Shown here in pieces: positions 45,693 to 55,686 of a stretch of 64,000 nt of DNA (within the stretch, counting starts at the first letter, position 1; every line of letters begins with the position of its first letter). The stretch comes from an uncultured Muribaculaceae bacterium (GTDB taxonomy: Bacteria > Bacteroidota > Bacteroidia > Bacteroidales > Muribaculaceae), in NCBI GenBank assembly GCA_910587475.1, contig CAJUMR010000008.1:16947-80946 (forward strand), written 5' to 3'. A program made the position numbers and the translations under genes. Under the pieces are notes generated by a model. That model did not search any database and was not told the DNA's origin. It worked only from the letters and a program-made list of their open reading frames with translations.

Positions 45693-48668
45693 TCAATCGA
45701 TATCTTTGGGTTGTCGGCCACATAGGTCTGCGAACGGACAGAACCGGCATGTGGCATCGTCGCATGCCTGATCAAACGGCATGTCGGGCGAGAAGATTTC
45801 CTCAATCATCGCAAAAAGCTGTTGGCGGAACTCTGGTTCGACCGAACGGTAATCGGTCACTTCTGTACCGTCGATCGATATAGCCGGGACGGCGTTTTCG
45901 GCCGCGATGGTGCGGAACGGATAGACTACGGGCTTGATGGCCACGTCTGATCCGGTCATGTCGTGGTAGGCGAGGCAGTAGGTCAGCAACTGGAATGTCG
46001 CATCGTCGTCGGTGCGTTCGCGCTTGAATATCTTTTCGACGGTTGTGTCGGCCACCTTGTCGGATCCGGTCTTGTAGTCGATGAATCTCAGACTGCCGTC
46101 GGCAGCCATGTCGACACGGTCGATCGACATCTTGAAGTTGACAGCCAGATTGTCGTTGATAATCCATGCCGGAGGGCTTTTGACCTCAAGTTCGCCTTTG
46201 ATATATCTGAACGGTTCTGAGATACATTCCTGTCGTTCGATCTCAAGTATCTTCCTTATATACAGGTTAATCACCGAGCAAGTCACTGCGCCTTCGGCCG
46301 GCATCCGGTCGATGTTGTAGCTTGAAGCGTTGCGGTAATAGAGTCTGAAAACGGTGTCGGCAATGACATTGTCGAGATAGCCGGGTGTGTCGAGAATCGA
46401 CGATATCGTGTCAGCTGTTATGGTCTGTTGCTCGAATTGTTTGAACAGAGTCTCGAATACATTGTGGACTATCGTTCCGTAGGCCGACGCTGTTATGTAG
46501 TCGGTGACGTTGTCTTCACCGCGGAGATTGCGAACGTAGCGCAGATAGAATTTCAGACGGCACTTCTTGTACTCTTTCAGGGCGCTCGCCGACAGATTGG
46601 CGTTGCCGCCGGGCATGAAGCGCTGAAGATGATGCATTACGTCCTTGTCCTTTGTCACGGATATGGCTGCGGGTGAACTCACGTCAGAGGGGAAGTGAAG
46701 GGTAGAGAAACTGACGGTGCCGGGAGGTGCTATGTGGCGCAGTTGGGCTATGAAACGCGAAGTTTCCCCGGCTCCAAGCGATTGAGTGCGGGAGTCGTAG
46801 ACCAATTTTACCTGTTTGGCCCTTGACAGCAGCCGGTAGAAGTAGTAAGTGTAGAGGGCGTCCTGACGGTCGATCGTTGTCATGCCGTAGCCGATGCGCA
46901 GGTTGTTGGGTATCATCGTGCGCATATAGCTTTTGCGGGGGAAGCTGTTTTCGTTCATCGACAGGATTATGATGTTGTCGAAGTCGAGCGATCGGGTTTC
47001 GAGGACGCCCATCACCTGCATGCCTCTCAACGGAGTGCCTTGCAGGTCGATGCGCCGCGACTGCATCATCTTTTCGAACAGAGCGAAGTAGGTGCTCTCG
47101 TTCATCGTGACCGAATAAGCTGCGATCAGACAGTTGAGTTCTTCGAGACCATTGCGGAAATAATCGAGCATCTCGAGTTCGGGCAGTCCTCCTTGCGATG
47201 GCTTGGCGTTGGCCTTCAGCGCTGTGCTGAGCCCGTCGATAAGGGCTGTCATGTATGAGCATATCTCCTTTGGATCATCAGCCGCCTTCACCGGAGTGAA
47301 CAGATAGGTCAATGCCGGATATTTTTCACAGAGTTCGGTTGCGTCGAGATTGAACAGATTGTTCTTCGAGATGAAGCGTTTTATGTCTTCTGCGTCTGAT
47401 GGAGCGATCACGTGGACATGGGGGTGGGAGAGTAGTTCCATTACGTCGGCATAGTAGTAATGGATCCGACCGCGGATCTGGCGCGCACGCAGTTGCATCG
47501 ATATGATTGAATGGAGCATCGATGCGAAGGCGCTCGCGCTGAACGGCACGCCCATCGTGATGTTGACTGCCGGGATTGTCTCCGGTATCGACATGAGCAC
47601 CGGTGTGAGCAGATTTTCGTCAGGCAGGACAACGGCTGTGTTGATTGCGTTGTGCCGGTTGATAAGGCGGTCGTTGCTCCATCGGTCTATTATATCGGTG
47701 ACAGCTTTTGCCTGAGCGATATCCGACGGCACGGCCATGACTTCGATCTTCGGCAATGTCGGGCATGGGCTGGCGTCGAAATCGGCGGGCATCGGAAAAA
47801 TCTGTTTCAGTCTGCGGAGCTGCGAGGCCAATCGCCCTTCAAGTGCAAGATCGAGCATCGCTGAGTCGAAATCCCAGAAAAAATCGGCTGCGCCAATGTC
47901 GTTGAGCCGCTTGAGTATAAGCATTTCGGCATTCGACAGATCGTTGAAGCCTATGAAGGCGTAGCGGCGCGACGACAGCGACTCGGCGTCTGACGACGAT
48001 ATTGCTGCAGCGGCGTCGCGGAGTTGTCCGCCGGCGGTGTCATAGCCTCTGGCGTGGATGGCGGCGACAAACGATCGGTAGAGGTCGCCGAGCAGCTGCC
48101 ATAGGGTTATAAATCTCTGTTCGGGCGAGTCTTCGCCGTTGTAGTTGACATGACTCCAGAACTCGGTTACAGCAGCAGTGCGCGGGCTTTCTCCCCAAAG
48201 TTGTCTGACGATGCTTTTCTGCTCGTCGTCGAGATAGTCGGCGTTGATTTCTTTTAGTTCCTTGAGATTTTTGAACAGTTTGGCGGCGTCGACGAGCTGG
48301 CGGTCCACGTCGTCGAAATCATCGAGGATCATGTTGCCCCAGAAGATAAATTTGTCGAAGTCGCGCAGTTGTTCATTGTGACCGCGTTCGGCCAGAAGGG
48401 TGCGGTAGCAGTCGTAGAGAAGAAAAAGCTGTTCGGTTCTGGGCATTTCGGGACGCGAAGCGTGGCGCGACACAAAGTTGCCCATCGTGGCGAAACGCGG
48501 CATGAAACGCGGACGGGCCGACGTCGCCATGAGTATATCATGCATGTATTTCTTGAGAAACATGGCGCTGCGCTTATTCGGGAAAATCAGCGTCAGCGAA
48601 CTGAGATCGGCATTTTTTTCGATCAGGTATGCCGCTACGAGTTCAAGAAATTTTGGGCTGTTGTTCAT
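45693..48668 (-). CDS. PD-(D/E)XK nuclease family protein (AddB/RexB-like)
   Basis: IFPNKR, GVLETRSLDFD, LSASAL...CRLKFY, IDRVD...IDYKTG and C-terminal CRFCPFADLC Fe-S motif. Confidence 0.85.
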   Translation of the reverse strand: MNNSPKFLELVAAYLIEKNADLSSLTLIFPNKRSAMFLKKYMHDILMATSARPRFMPRFATMGNFVSRHASRPEMPRTEQLFLLYDCYRTLLAERGHNEQLRDFDKFIFWGNMILDDFDDVDRQLVDAAKLFKNLKELKEINADYLDDEQKSIVRQLWGESPRTAAVTEFWSHVNYNGEDSPEQRFITLWQLLGDLYRSFVAAIHARGYDTAGGQLRDAAAAISSSDAESLSSRRYAFIGFNDLSNAEMLILKRLNDIGAADFFWDFDSAMLDLALEGRLASQLRRLKQIFPMPADFDASPCPTLPKIEVMAVPSDIAQAKAVTDIIDRWSNDRLINRHNAINTAVVLPDENLLTPVLMSIPETIPAVNITMGVPFSASAFASMLHSIISMQLRARQIRGRIHYYYADVMELLSHPHVHVIAPSDAEDIKRFISKNNLFNLDATELCEKYPALTYLFTPVKAADDPKEICSYMTALIDGLSTALKANAKPSQGGLPELEMLDYFRNGLEELNCLIAAYSVTMNESTYFALFEKMMQSRRIDLQGTPLRGMQVMGVLETRSLDFDNIIILSMNENSFPRKSYMRTMIPNNLRIGYGMTTIDRQDALYTYYFYRLLSRAKQVKLVYDSRTQSLGAGETSRFIAQLRHIAPPGTVSFSTLHFPSDVSSPAAISVTKDKDVMHHLQRFMPGGNANLSASALKEYKKCRLKFYLRYVRNLRGEDNVTDYITASAYGTIVHNVFETLFKQFEQQTITADTISSILDTPGYLDNVIADTVFRLYYRNASSYNIDRMPAEGAVTCSVINLYIRKILEIERQECISEPFRYIKGELEVKSPPAWIINDNLAVNFKMSIDRVDMAADGSLRFIDYKTGSDKVADTTVEKIFKRERTDDDATFQLLTYCLAYHDMTGSDVAIKPVVYPFRTIAAENAVPAISIDGTEVTDYRSVEPEFRQQLFAMIEEIFSPDMPFDQACDDATCRFCPFADLCGRQPKDID

Positions 48669-49786
48669 GCTTTGAGCAAAAGGATGGTTTTGATAGCAAG
48701 GTCGAAGAAGACGATTTTGGCATTGGCGTTGCCGGCGATGTCGGTGCGGGCGTCGTTGACCATCTCGAACAGCTTCAGAACGTTTCGCTCATTGATGAAG
48801 CGCGCGAAGTTGACGCTGAAAGCGTTTTCTTCGGGTGTGAGGTAATTGAGTCCGTCGACTTTAAGGTTGAGGATGAAATTCTCGCGCATCATGCGGGCGC
48901 AATAATCAAGAAATGCGATCGACTGTTCGCGGCCGAGAGCTGCAACGTCGGCGCTCCACTGTCTGAGCAGACCGATCTTGCGCTGGTAGGCCTTACGCAT
49001 CAGTTCGATGAACAGATCGAGAAATAGTTTTCTCGTTTTGGAGATATTGATCAGAGATATGGCTTCGGTGATGCTTCCTGTTGAGATTCTCGCAATCGAT
49101 CGGGCGACAGCCTGATCGACGGCCATTGCACGGCAGAGATAGTCTTCTACTTCACTGTCGTCGTAGCGGGTCACGGCTATACGCTGTGTGCGCGAATATA
49201 TGGTCGGCAGTATCCGGCGAGGATTGTCGCTGACCATTATAAACAATGTGTCGTCATGCGGCTCCTCGATGAGTTTGAGCATCTTGTTGGCGGTGTCCTC
49301 GTTCATCTTTTCAGGCAGCCAGAGCAGCACTATCTTGTAGCGCGACTGATGGGCGCGGAAATTGAGGCGGCGGTTGAGTTCGGCGCCTTCGTCGACATAT
49401 ATCTTCGGCTGGGTGTTGCCGGCTTCGATCAGCGAATTCCACAGCTCGGCATCCATGAAGGGCCTGTCGGAGAGCATCTGTTTGAATTCTTCAATATAGT
49501 CGGCCGACACAGCCGGTTTGCTCGCTTTTTTGACTACGGGATATGAAAATATAGTGTCGATGTGGTTGAATGTCGAGTGTTGCAGACATGAGTTGCAATG
49601 TCCGCAGCTGTCGCCTCCTTCGGGGTGCTCGCAGTGGATGTACTGCGCAAATGCTCGTGCAAGCATAAACTTGCCAGCCCCGGCCGGGCCTTCGAGCAGC
49701 AGGGCGTGGGGCACACGTGAGGCATCGGCCATTTCGACCAGTCGCTGTTTGATGTCAGCATGTCCGGGTATGTCGGCGAATCTCAT
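48665..49786 (-). CDS. holB: DNA polymerase III delta' subunit
   Basis: PHALLLEGPAGAGK, CEHP...CGHCNSC Zn motif, NKMLKLIEEP and LPTIYSRTQ. Confidence 0.9.
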   Translation of the reverse strand: MRFADIPGHADIKQRLVEMADASRVPHALLLEGPAGAGKFMLARAFAQYIHCEHPEGGDSCGHCNSCLQHSTFNHIDTIFSYPVVKKASKPAVSADYIEEFKQMLSDRPFMDAELWNSLIEAGNTQPKIYVDEGAELNRRLNFRAHQSRYKIVLLWLPEKMNEDTANKMLKLIEEPHDDTLFIMVSDNPRRILPTIYSRTQRIAVTRYDDSEVEDYLCRAMAVDQAVARSIARISTGSITEAISLINISKTRKLFLDLFIELMRKAYQRKIGLLRQWSADVAALGREQSIAFLDYCARMMRENFILNLKVDGLNYLTPEENAFSVNFARFINERNVLKLFEMVNDARTDIAGNANAKIVFFDLAIKTILLLKA

Positions 49787-50571
49787 CGTCGGTCGGCAGG
49801 ATGTGTCAGGCCGGTGGCCTTGACGTAGTTTTTGACTTGCTGGAACAGCTCGGTGGCGAACACGAAATCGTTAAGGGCTTCGTTGGCCGTGGTGTAGATC
49901 TGGGTCATGTCGCCGACCCATTCGCGATGGCCTTTGTTGATGAAAATGATGTTTTCACCGATTCCAAGCACCGAGTTCATATCGTGGGTGTTGATCACCG
50001 TTGTGATTTCGTATTCATGGGTGATGTCGCTCAGCAGTTCGTCGATCAGTATCGATGTCTTGGGGTCGAGACCCGAGTTAGGTTCGTCGCAGAAAAGGTA
50101 TTTGGGGTTCAATGCGATTGCACGTGCAATGGCCACGCGCTTCTGCATGCCTCCTGATATCTCGGATGGATATTTGTTTTCAGCTCCGGTAAGATTGACG
50201 CGGTTGATGCAGAAATGTGCGCGTTCGAGCATCTCCTCGCGCGACATGTCGGTGAACATCACCAGTGGAAACATTACGTTGCCGAGTACCGTTTCGGAGT
50301 CAAACAGCGCCGATCCTTGAAATAGCATGCCGATTTCTTTTCGGAGATCCTTGACTTCGTGTGCGGGCATCGTGACGAGGTTGCGGCCGTCAAACAGGAT
50401 GCTGCCGCCGTCGGGTTGCAGGAGGCCGACAAGCGATTTCATCAGCACTGTTTTGCCCGATCCGCTCTGACCGATGATCAGGTTGGTCTTGCCGGTGTAG
50501 AACGTTGCACTGACATCGTGAAGGACAGTGCGTCCGTCAAACGATTTTACGATGTTCTTTACTTCGATCAT
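49783..50571 (-). CDS. ABC transporter ATP-binding protein (MlaF-like)
   Basis: GQSGSGKT, ISGGMQKRVAIARA and DEPNSGLDP motifs. Confidence 0.9.
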   Translation of the reverse strand: MIEVKNIVKSFDGRTVLHDVSATFYTGKTNLIIGQSGSGKTVLMKSLVGLLQPDGGSILFDGRNLVTMPAHEVKDLRKEIGMLFQGSALFDSETVLGNVMFPLVMFTDMSREEMLERAHFCINRVNLTGAENKYPSEISGGMQKRVAIARAIALNPKYLFCDEPNSGLDPKTSILIDELLSDITHEYEITTVINTHDMNSVLGIGENIIFINKGHREWVGDMTQIYTTANEALNDFVFATELFQQVKNYVKATGLTHPADRR

Positions 50572-51317
50572 TGCAGCAGAAGTTTTGTAAGTAACACATC
50601 AAAGAGCAGGATGAGGATGCTGCTCGATACGACTCCGTTGGTGCTCGCTTTGCCGACATCGAGAGCTCCGCCCTTGACGTAGTAGCCGAAAAATGATGCG
50701 ACCGATGCGATTATAAATGCAAAGAAGAGCGATTTTATAAGTCCATACCAGACGTACCATTCGATAAAAAGAGCCTGAAGACCATAGACATAGCGCGAGA
50801 CTGTGATGATGTCGGTCAGCAATGCTACAAGGTAGCCGCCGATCAGCGATGTGCCGATACAGATTATCACCAGGGCCGGCATGAACAGGACAAATGCTAT
50901 GATTTTGGGCAGAACGAGGAAATTGCAGGAATTGACACCCATGATCTCAAGGGCGTCGATCTGCTCGGTGACGCGCATCGTGCCGATTTCTGAGGCTATG
51001 TTCGATCCGACTTTGCCCGCGAGGATCAGACACAGGATCGAATTGGAAAATTCGAGCAGCACTATGTCGCGGGTGGCAAGTCCGACTGAGTAAGCCGGAA
51101 TGAGCGGCGATGATATGTTGAGTTGCATCTGTATGGCTATCACCGCGCCGATAAACAGCGAGATGACAATAACCAATGGGATGGAGTCGATGCCGAGTTT
51201 GGAGACTTCGGATATGGTGCGTCTGCCGAACACGCCCCAACGGTCGGGCAGGGCGAACACACGTTTTATAAATAGGCAGTAACGGCCAAAAGTTGCGAGT
51301 GAGTTGGTGATCAACAT
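50568..51317 (-). CDS. MlaE family ABC permease
   Basis: AGKVGSNIASEIGTMRVTEQIDALEIMG and GGALDVGKAST motifs; start MLITNS. Confidence 0.9.
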   Translation of the reverse strand: MLITNSLATFGRYCLFIKRVFALPDRWGVFGRRTISEVSKLGIDSIPLVIVISLFIGAVIAIQMQLNISSPLIPAYSVGLATRDIVLLEFSNSILCLILAGKVGSNIASEIGTMRVTEQIDALEIMGVNSCNFLVLPKIIAFVLFMPALVIICIGTSLIGGYLVALLTDIITVSRYVYGLQALFIEWYVWYGLIKSLFFAFIIASVASFFGYYVKGGALDVGKASTNGVVSSSILILLFDVLLTKLLLQ

Positions 51318-51566
51318 GAATATGTAGTTTGATTTATCACTTATGACGACAAAGTTACAACAAAAAAAGGAGATAATGTTTGTCGGCAGTGGTGCAGTTT
51401 TGGCAAAAAAGTCGTCAATGGTTATATTGTTGTCGGGCGATTGTCCGACGATGGTTGTCGGTAAGTTGTTGAATTGCAACCCTACTTTAAATTTGTTGCA
51501 AAAAATGTTTGAGAAAAGTTGCATGTTTGGGAAAATCGCCGTACCTTTGCAGTGCTTTTAGAAAAT

Positions 51567-51641
<75 letters not shown>

Positions 51642-51653
51642 CTAAATCCACAC

Positions 51654-51688
51654 AGCGTCTTTGCTTATTGAAGTGAAGACGCTTTTTT
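51654..51688 (+). terminator. Intrinsic terminator after tRNA-His
   Basis: agcgtctt...aagacgct stem followed by a T-tract. Confidence 0.7.
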
Positions 51689-51843
51689 CGTTTTTGAGAT
51701 TGCGGGAAGATGATGGTATTGTCTCTTATGCATTCCCGCTTAATATAATTAATGTAGACGGATGGCGTCGGCCACGGTTGAACGCGATGACATTGGTGAG
51801 ACCGCCTGCATCTGTCGTTTTTTTAATAATATCTTGTAATGTC

Positions 51844-52629
51844 ATGACTGATAACGATCTTAAGGAATTGCTCGATGCAGAGGCGCATAGAATCAACAGC
51901 CTCGATTTTGTGGTTGAAGATCCTGTGCAGTTTCCTCGGCGGTTCTCCGACAAGCGCGACATCGAGATCACTGCGTTGCTGATCTCTACGATCGCATGGG
52001 GTAAGCGCTCGATGATATGCCGTAACGCCGACCGAATTTTGGCGCTGATGGACGGGCAGCCTTATAAGTATGTGATGGACGAGGGCTATGAAGATTTGCC
52101 CGACTGCAACATCCACCGCACATTTTTTGCAAAAAACATGCGTCACTATCTGCGGGGGCTGCATTCGATCTACAGCCGTCACGGCTCACTCGAAGATTTT
52201 GCAGGGAAATCGCTTGCCGGCAAGGATGAGCACCTGTCATGGCATCTTGCCGAAGCGATCAACCGTGAGCTTGCAGCAGCAAACGGAGGCGTGAGCGATT
52301 GCCGCTGTATGCCGCTGGGACTCGACAAATCGGCGCTCAAGCGTTTCAACATGGCGTTGCGTTGGCTTGTGAGAGATGACGGCATCGTCGATCTCGGGGT
52401 GTGGAAAGCGATAAAGCCGAGTCAGCTGTATGTGCCTCTTGATGTGCATGTCGGCAATATTTCCCGTCAGCTCGGCCTTTTGACCCGTAAAGCCAACGAT
52501 CGCGCAGCCGTGGAGGAGCTGACAGGACGACTGCGTAAGTTCAATGCCGAAGATCCTACGCTCTACGATTTTGCGTTGTTCGGCATCGGTGTGAGCGGTC
52601 GCGGCGGCGAGCTTGCCAAGGCTGACTGA
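51844..52629 (+). CDS. TIGR02757/DUF2400 family protein
   Basis: DPVQFP, IAWGKR, SALKRFNMALRWLVR, PLDVHV and DPTLYDFALFG motifs; start MTDNDL. Confidence 0.85.
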   Translation: MTDNDLKELLDAEAHRINSLDFVVEDPVQFPRRFSDKRDIEITALLISTIAWGKRSMICRNADRILALMDGQPYKYVMDEGYEDLPDCNIHRTFFAKNMRHYLRGLHSIYSRHGSLEDFAGKSLAGKDEHLSWHLAEAINRELAAANGGVSDCRCMPLGLDKSALKRFNMALRWLVRDDGIVDLGVWKAIKPSQLYVPLDVHVGNISRQLGLLTRKANDRAAVEELTGRLRKFNAEDPTLYDFALFGIGVSGRGGELAKAD

Positions 52630-52714
52630 ATGAATGTCGGGTAATTTACGTCCGATTTATTTTTTAAGAAGGCCTAAACGTATTATCTTTGCGTATGAAA
52701 AAAGATAATTTGCT

Positions 52715-54217
52715 ATGCTGAAAATAATTAGGATAACGCTTGCGCTGCTGTGTCTCGTCGCTGCAACATTGCTTTTTGTCGACGTCAGCGGTTTTGCCGC
52801 CCGGCATTTGGCGTGGCTGCCGCGATTACAATTTATGACGGCGTTGCTGTCGCTCAATGCTGTGGTGATAGCCGCTTTGATATTGCTGACTCTTGTGCTT
52901 GGCCGCGTGTATTGCTCGGTGATATGTCCGTTGGGCGTGTTTCAGGATGTGATCAACCGGTTGCGTAGCCGTTTCGGCGGTAAAAAATCAAGAAACCGAT
53001 TTGGGTTCAAGCCCGAACGCAAGATTTTGCGATATGGTTTTCTGGCGCTGTTTGCCGTGCTTGTCGCCCTCGGACTGACTCATGTGACAGCCATGGCTAT
53101 GGCCGGGCTGCTCGACCCCTACAGTGCCTTCGGGCGCATTGCGTCAGAGCTGTTTGCTCCGGTCTACGACGGAGCTTGCAATCTGTTGGCCGACTGGAGT
53201 GAGTCGCAGGGCAACTATTATTTCACGCGAGTGGCTTATGTCACACGTGTCCCGCTGTTGATCGTTGCAGCCCTGACGTTTGTTGTGGTGGTTGTTTTCG
53301 CGTGGATCGGCGGACGCAGCTACTGCAATATGATCTGTCCGGTCGGCACAATTTTAGGTTTACTGAGCCGTAATGCTCTGCTACGGCCTGTCATTGACAC
53401 ATCGTTGTGCAACGGTTGCCGGAAGTGTGAACGCAATTGCAAGGCATCGTGTATCGACGGAAAAAATCACCGTATCGATTATTCGAGGTGTGTGGTGTGT
53501 ATGGATTGCATAGGCAATTGTTCTCAGCATGCCATCAGCTTCAGTCCCGTTCTGAAAAAAACTAAGAATGACGGTCGGGCTGTCGACGGTGCGCGGCGAC
53601 GCTTCATCGTCACCGGTGCCGCTCTTGCCGGATCGTTGGCTGCTGCGGCTCATAAGGAAGGCGACGGAGCGCTTGCACCGGTGAAAATGAAAAAACGCGC
53701 CGTGCGTCTTACCGATATAGTTCCCGCGGGAGCCAAGAGCGCCGCAAATCTGAGATCCCACTGCACGGCTTGCCAATTGTGCATAAGTTCATGCCCTGAC
53801 GAAGTGCTGCAGCCGTCGACCGATCTCACTACATTCATGCAACCGGTCATGTGGTACAACAAGGGATATTGCCGTCCGGAGTGTACACGCTGTTCAGACG
53901 TTTGTCCGACCGGGGCGATAGAGCCGGTCAGCGTGGAGGAGAAAAGTTCTGTCAAGATAGGAACGGCTGTGGTCGATGCTGACCGTTGCATATCGGTGGC
54001 CGACGGGAAGCATTGCGGGCTGTGTTCGCGCAGTTGTCCCGCCGGGGCCATCGAAATGGTGAAGATCGACGGTAACATGCGCCCTGTGGTCAACGAGGGT
54101 GCGTGCATCGGGTGCGGATCATGTGAATATCATTGTCCGGTCGGCACAGCCGGACATCTGCCGTCTGAGCGTGCGGCGATCTATGTCGAGGGTCTCAGTG
54201 AACATCGTTTAATCTGA
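52715..54217 (+). CDS. Membrane polyferredoxin (NapH-like membrane domain plus NapG/MauM-like 4Fe-4S domain)
   Basis: CSVICPLG and CNMICPVG motifs, multiple CxxCxxCxxxC clusters, internal ARRRFI motif. Confidence 0.85.
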   Translation: MLKIIRITLALLCLVAATLLFVDVSGFAARHLAWLPRLQFMTALLSLNAVVIAALILLTLVLGRVYCSVICPLGVFQDVINRLRSRFGGKKSRNRFGFKPERKILRYGFLALFAVLVALGLTHVTAMAMAGLLDPYSAFGRIASELFAPVYDGACNLLADWSESQGNYYFTRVAYVTRVPLLIVAALTFVVVVVFAWIGGRSYCNMICPVGTILGLLSRNALLRPVIDTSLCNGCRKCERNCKASCIDGKNHRIDYSRCVVCMDCIGNCSQHAISFSPVLKKTKNDGRAVDGARRRFIVTGAALAGSLAAAAHKEGDGALAPVKMKKRAVRLTDIVPAGAKSAANLRSHCTACQLCISSCPDEVLQPSTDLTTFMQPVMWYNKGYCRPECTRCSDVCPTGAIEPVSVEEKSSVKIGTAVVDADRCISVADGKHCGLCSRSCPAGAIEMVKIDGNMRPVVNEGACIGCGSCEYHCPVGTAGHLPSERAAIYVEGLSEHRLI

Positions 54218-54222
54218 TAAAG

Positions 54223-55626
54223 GTGGCTATGGACGAAAAAAAATACGAAGGAAACAGTCGGCGCAGGTTTCTGCGTCACCTTGGCATCGGAGCGATTGCC
54301 GGAGCATTTGTGTCGTGTGGCGGAAAGATCGGCCAGGATCAGACGGCCGGCGAGAAGAAATCAGGCGAAATGACCAAGCGTCTGAACCCCAATTCGGGCG
54401 ACAGGGTGTCGCTGATAGGTTACGGATGTATGCGCCTGCCGTTGATCGACGACCCGTCGAAACCCGACCGCGACGGAGGCATCGACCAGGAGAAGGTCAA
54501 TGGCCATGTCGACTATGCGCTGGCCCACGGAGTGAATTATTTCGACACATCGCCGGCCTATTGCAAAGGACGGTCGGAGCATGCGATGGGCATCGCTCTG
54601 AGCCGGCATCCGCGCGACAGTTATTATATAGCGACCAAATTGTCGAATTTCGACCCGTCGACATGGCCTCGCGAGAAATCGATAGCCATGTTTGAGACCT
54701 CGTTGAAGGAGTTGCAGACCGATTATGTCGATTATCTTCTGCTTCACGCCATCGGCATGGGAGGCATGGACTCGTACAGAGGCCGCTATGTCGACAACGG
54801 TATGCTCGACTATCTTAAGGAGCAGAAAGCAGCAGGGCGCATCCGCAATCTCGGGTTTTCGTACCATGGTGATGTGGCGGTGTTCAACCATCTTCTCGAG
54901 ATGATGGACCGCGGGGAGGTGCATTGGGATTTTGCACAGATACAGCTCAACTACATTGACTGGCACAATGCCAAAAAAGTCAATCCCCGCAACACCGACG
55001 CTGAGTATCTCTACGGTGAGCTGCACCGTCGTGGCATACCGGCTGTGATAATGGAGCCGCTGCTCGGCGGCCGGCTTGCTTCGGCGACCGCTCCGGTGGC
55101 AGCCAAGATGAAGCAGCGCCGCCCCGACGACAGCGTCGCATCATGGGCTTTCCGCTATGCAGGCACTCCCGAAGGCATACTCACGGTGCTCAGTGGCATG
55201 ACATATCTCGACCATCTGAAAGAAAATGTCGCAACATATTCGCCCCTCGATCCGGTGACGGATGAAGAAAAGGATTTTCTCGAAATACTGGCTCTTGAAA
55301 TACTGGCCAATAATGAGATACCATGTACCGACTGCCGCTATTGCATGCCGTGTCCCTACGGTATCAACATCCCGGCCATCTTTGCACACTATAACAAATG
55401 TCTGAAGGACGATAATGTCAGCCGTGACACGCGTGATCCGCACTACAACAGCGCGCGGCGAGCATTTCTTGTGGGCTACGACCGGACTGTGCCCAAGCTT
55501 CGTCAGGCCGACCGTTGCATTGCCTGCGGGGAGTGTGTGCATTCTTGCCCGCAGTCGATCGCCATACCCGCGCGGCTCAAGGATATCAGCGATTACGTCA
55601 ACCGCCTTAAGGCCGGCAAGGCATAG
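54223..55626 (+). CDS. Aldo/keto reductase with C-terminal 4Fe-4S domain and Tat signal
   Basis: SRRRFL twin-arginine motif, GYGCMRLP, YFDTSPAY, IATKL, CTDCRYCMPCP and CIACGECVHSCP. Confidence 0.88.
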   Translation: MAMDEKKYEGNSRRRFLRHLGIGAIAGAFVSCGGKIGQDQTAGEKKSGEMTKRLNPNSGDRVSLIGYGCMRLPLIDDPSKPDRDGGIDQEKVNGHVDYALAHGVNYFDTSPAYCKGRSEHAMGIALSRHPRDSYYIATKLSNFDPSTWPREKSIAMFETSLKELQTDYVDYLLLHAIGMGGMDSYRGRYVDNGMLDYLKEQKAAGRIRNLGFSYHGDVAVFNHLLEMMDRGEVHWDFAQIQLNYIDWHNAKKVNPRNTDAEYLYGELHRRGIPAVIMEPLLGGRLASATAPVAAKMKQRRPDDSVASWAFRYAGTPEGILTVLSGMTYLDHLKENVATYSPLDPVTDEEKDFLEILALEILANNEIPCTDCRYCMPCPYGINIPAIFAHYNKCLKDDNVSRDTRDPHYNSARRAFLVGYDRTVPKLRQADRCIACGECVHSCPQSIAIPARLKDISDYVNRLKAGKA

Positions 55627-55686
55627 CCGATGAAAACATTTTATCCGGCTTGTGCATTATAATTGTATAATCAACATTCATCCATT

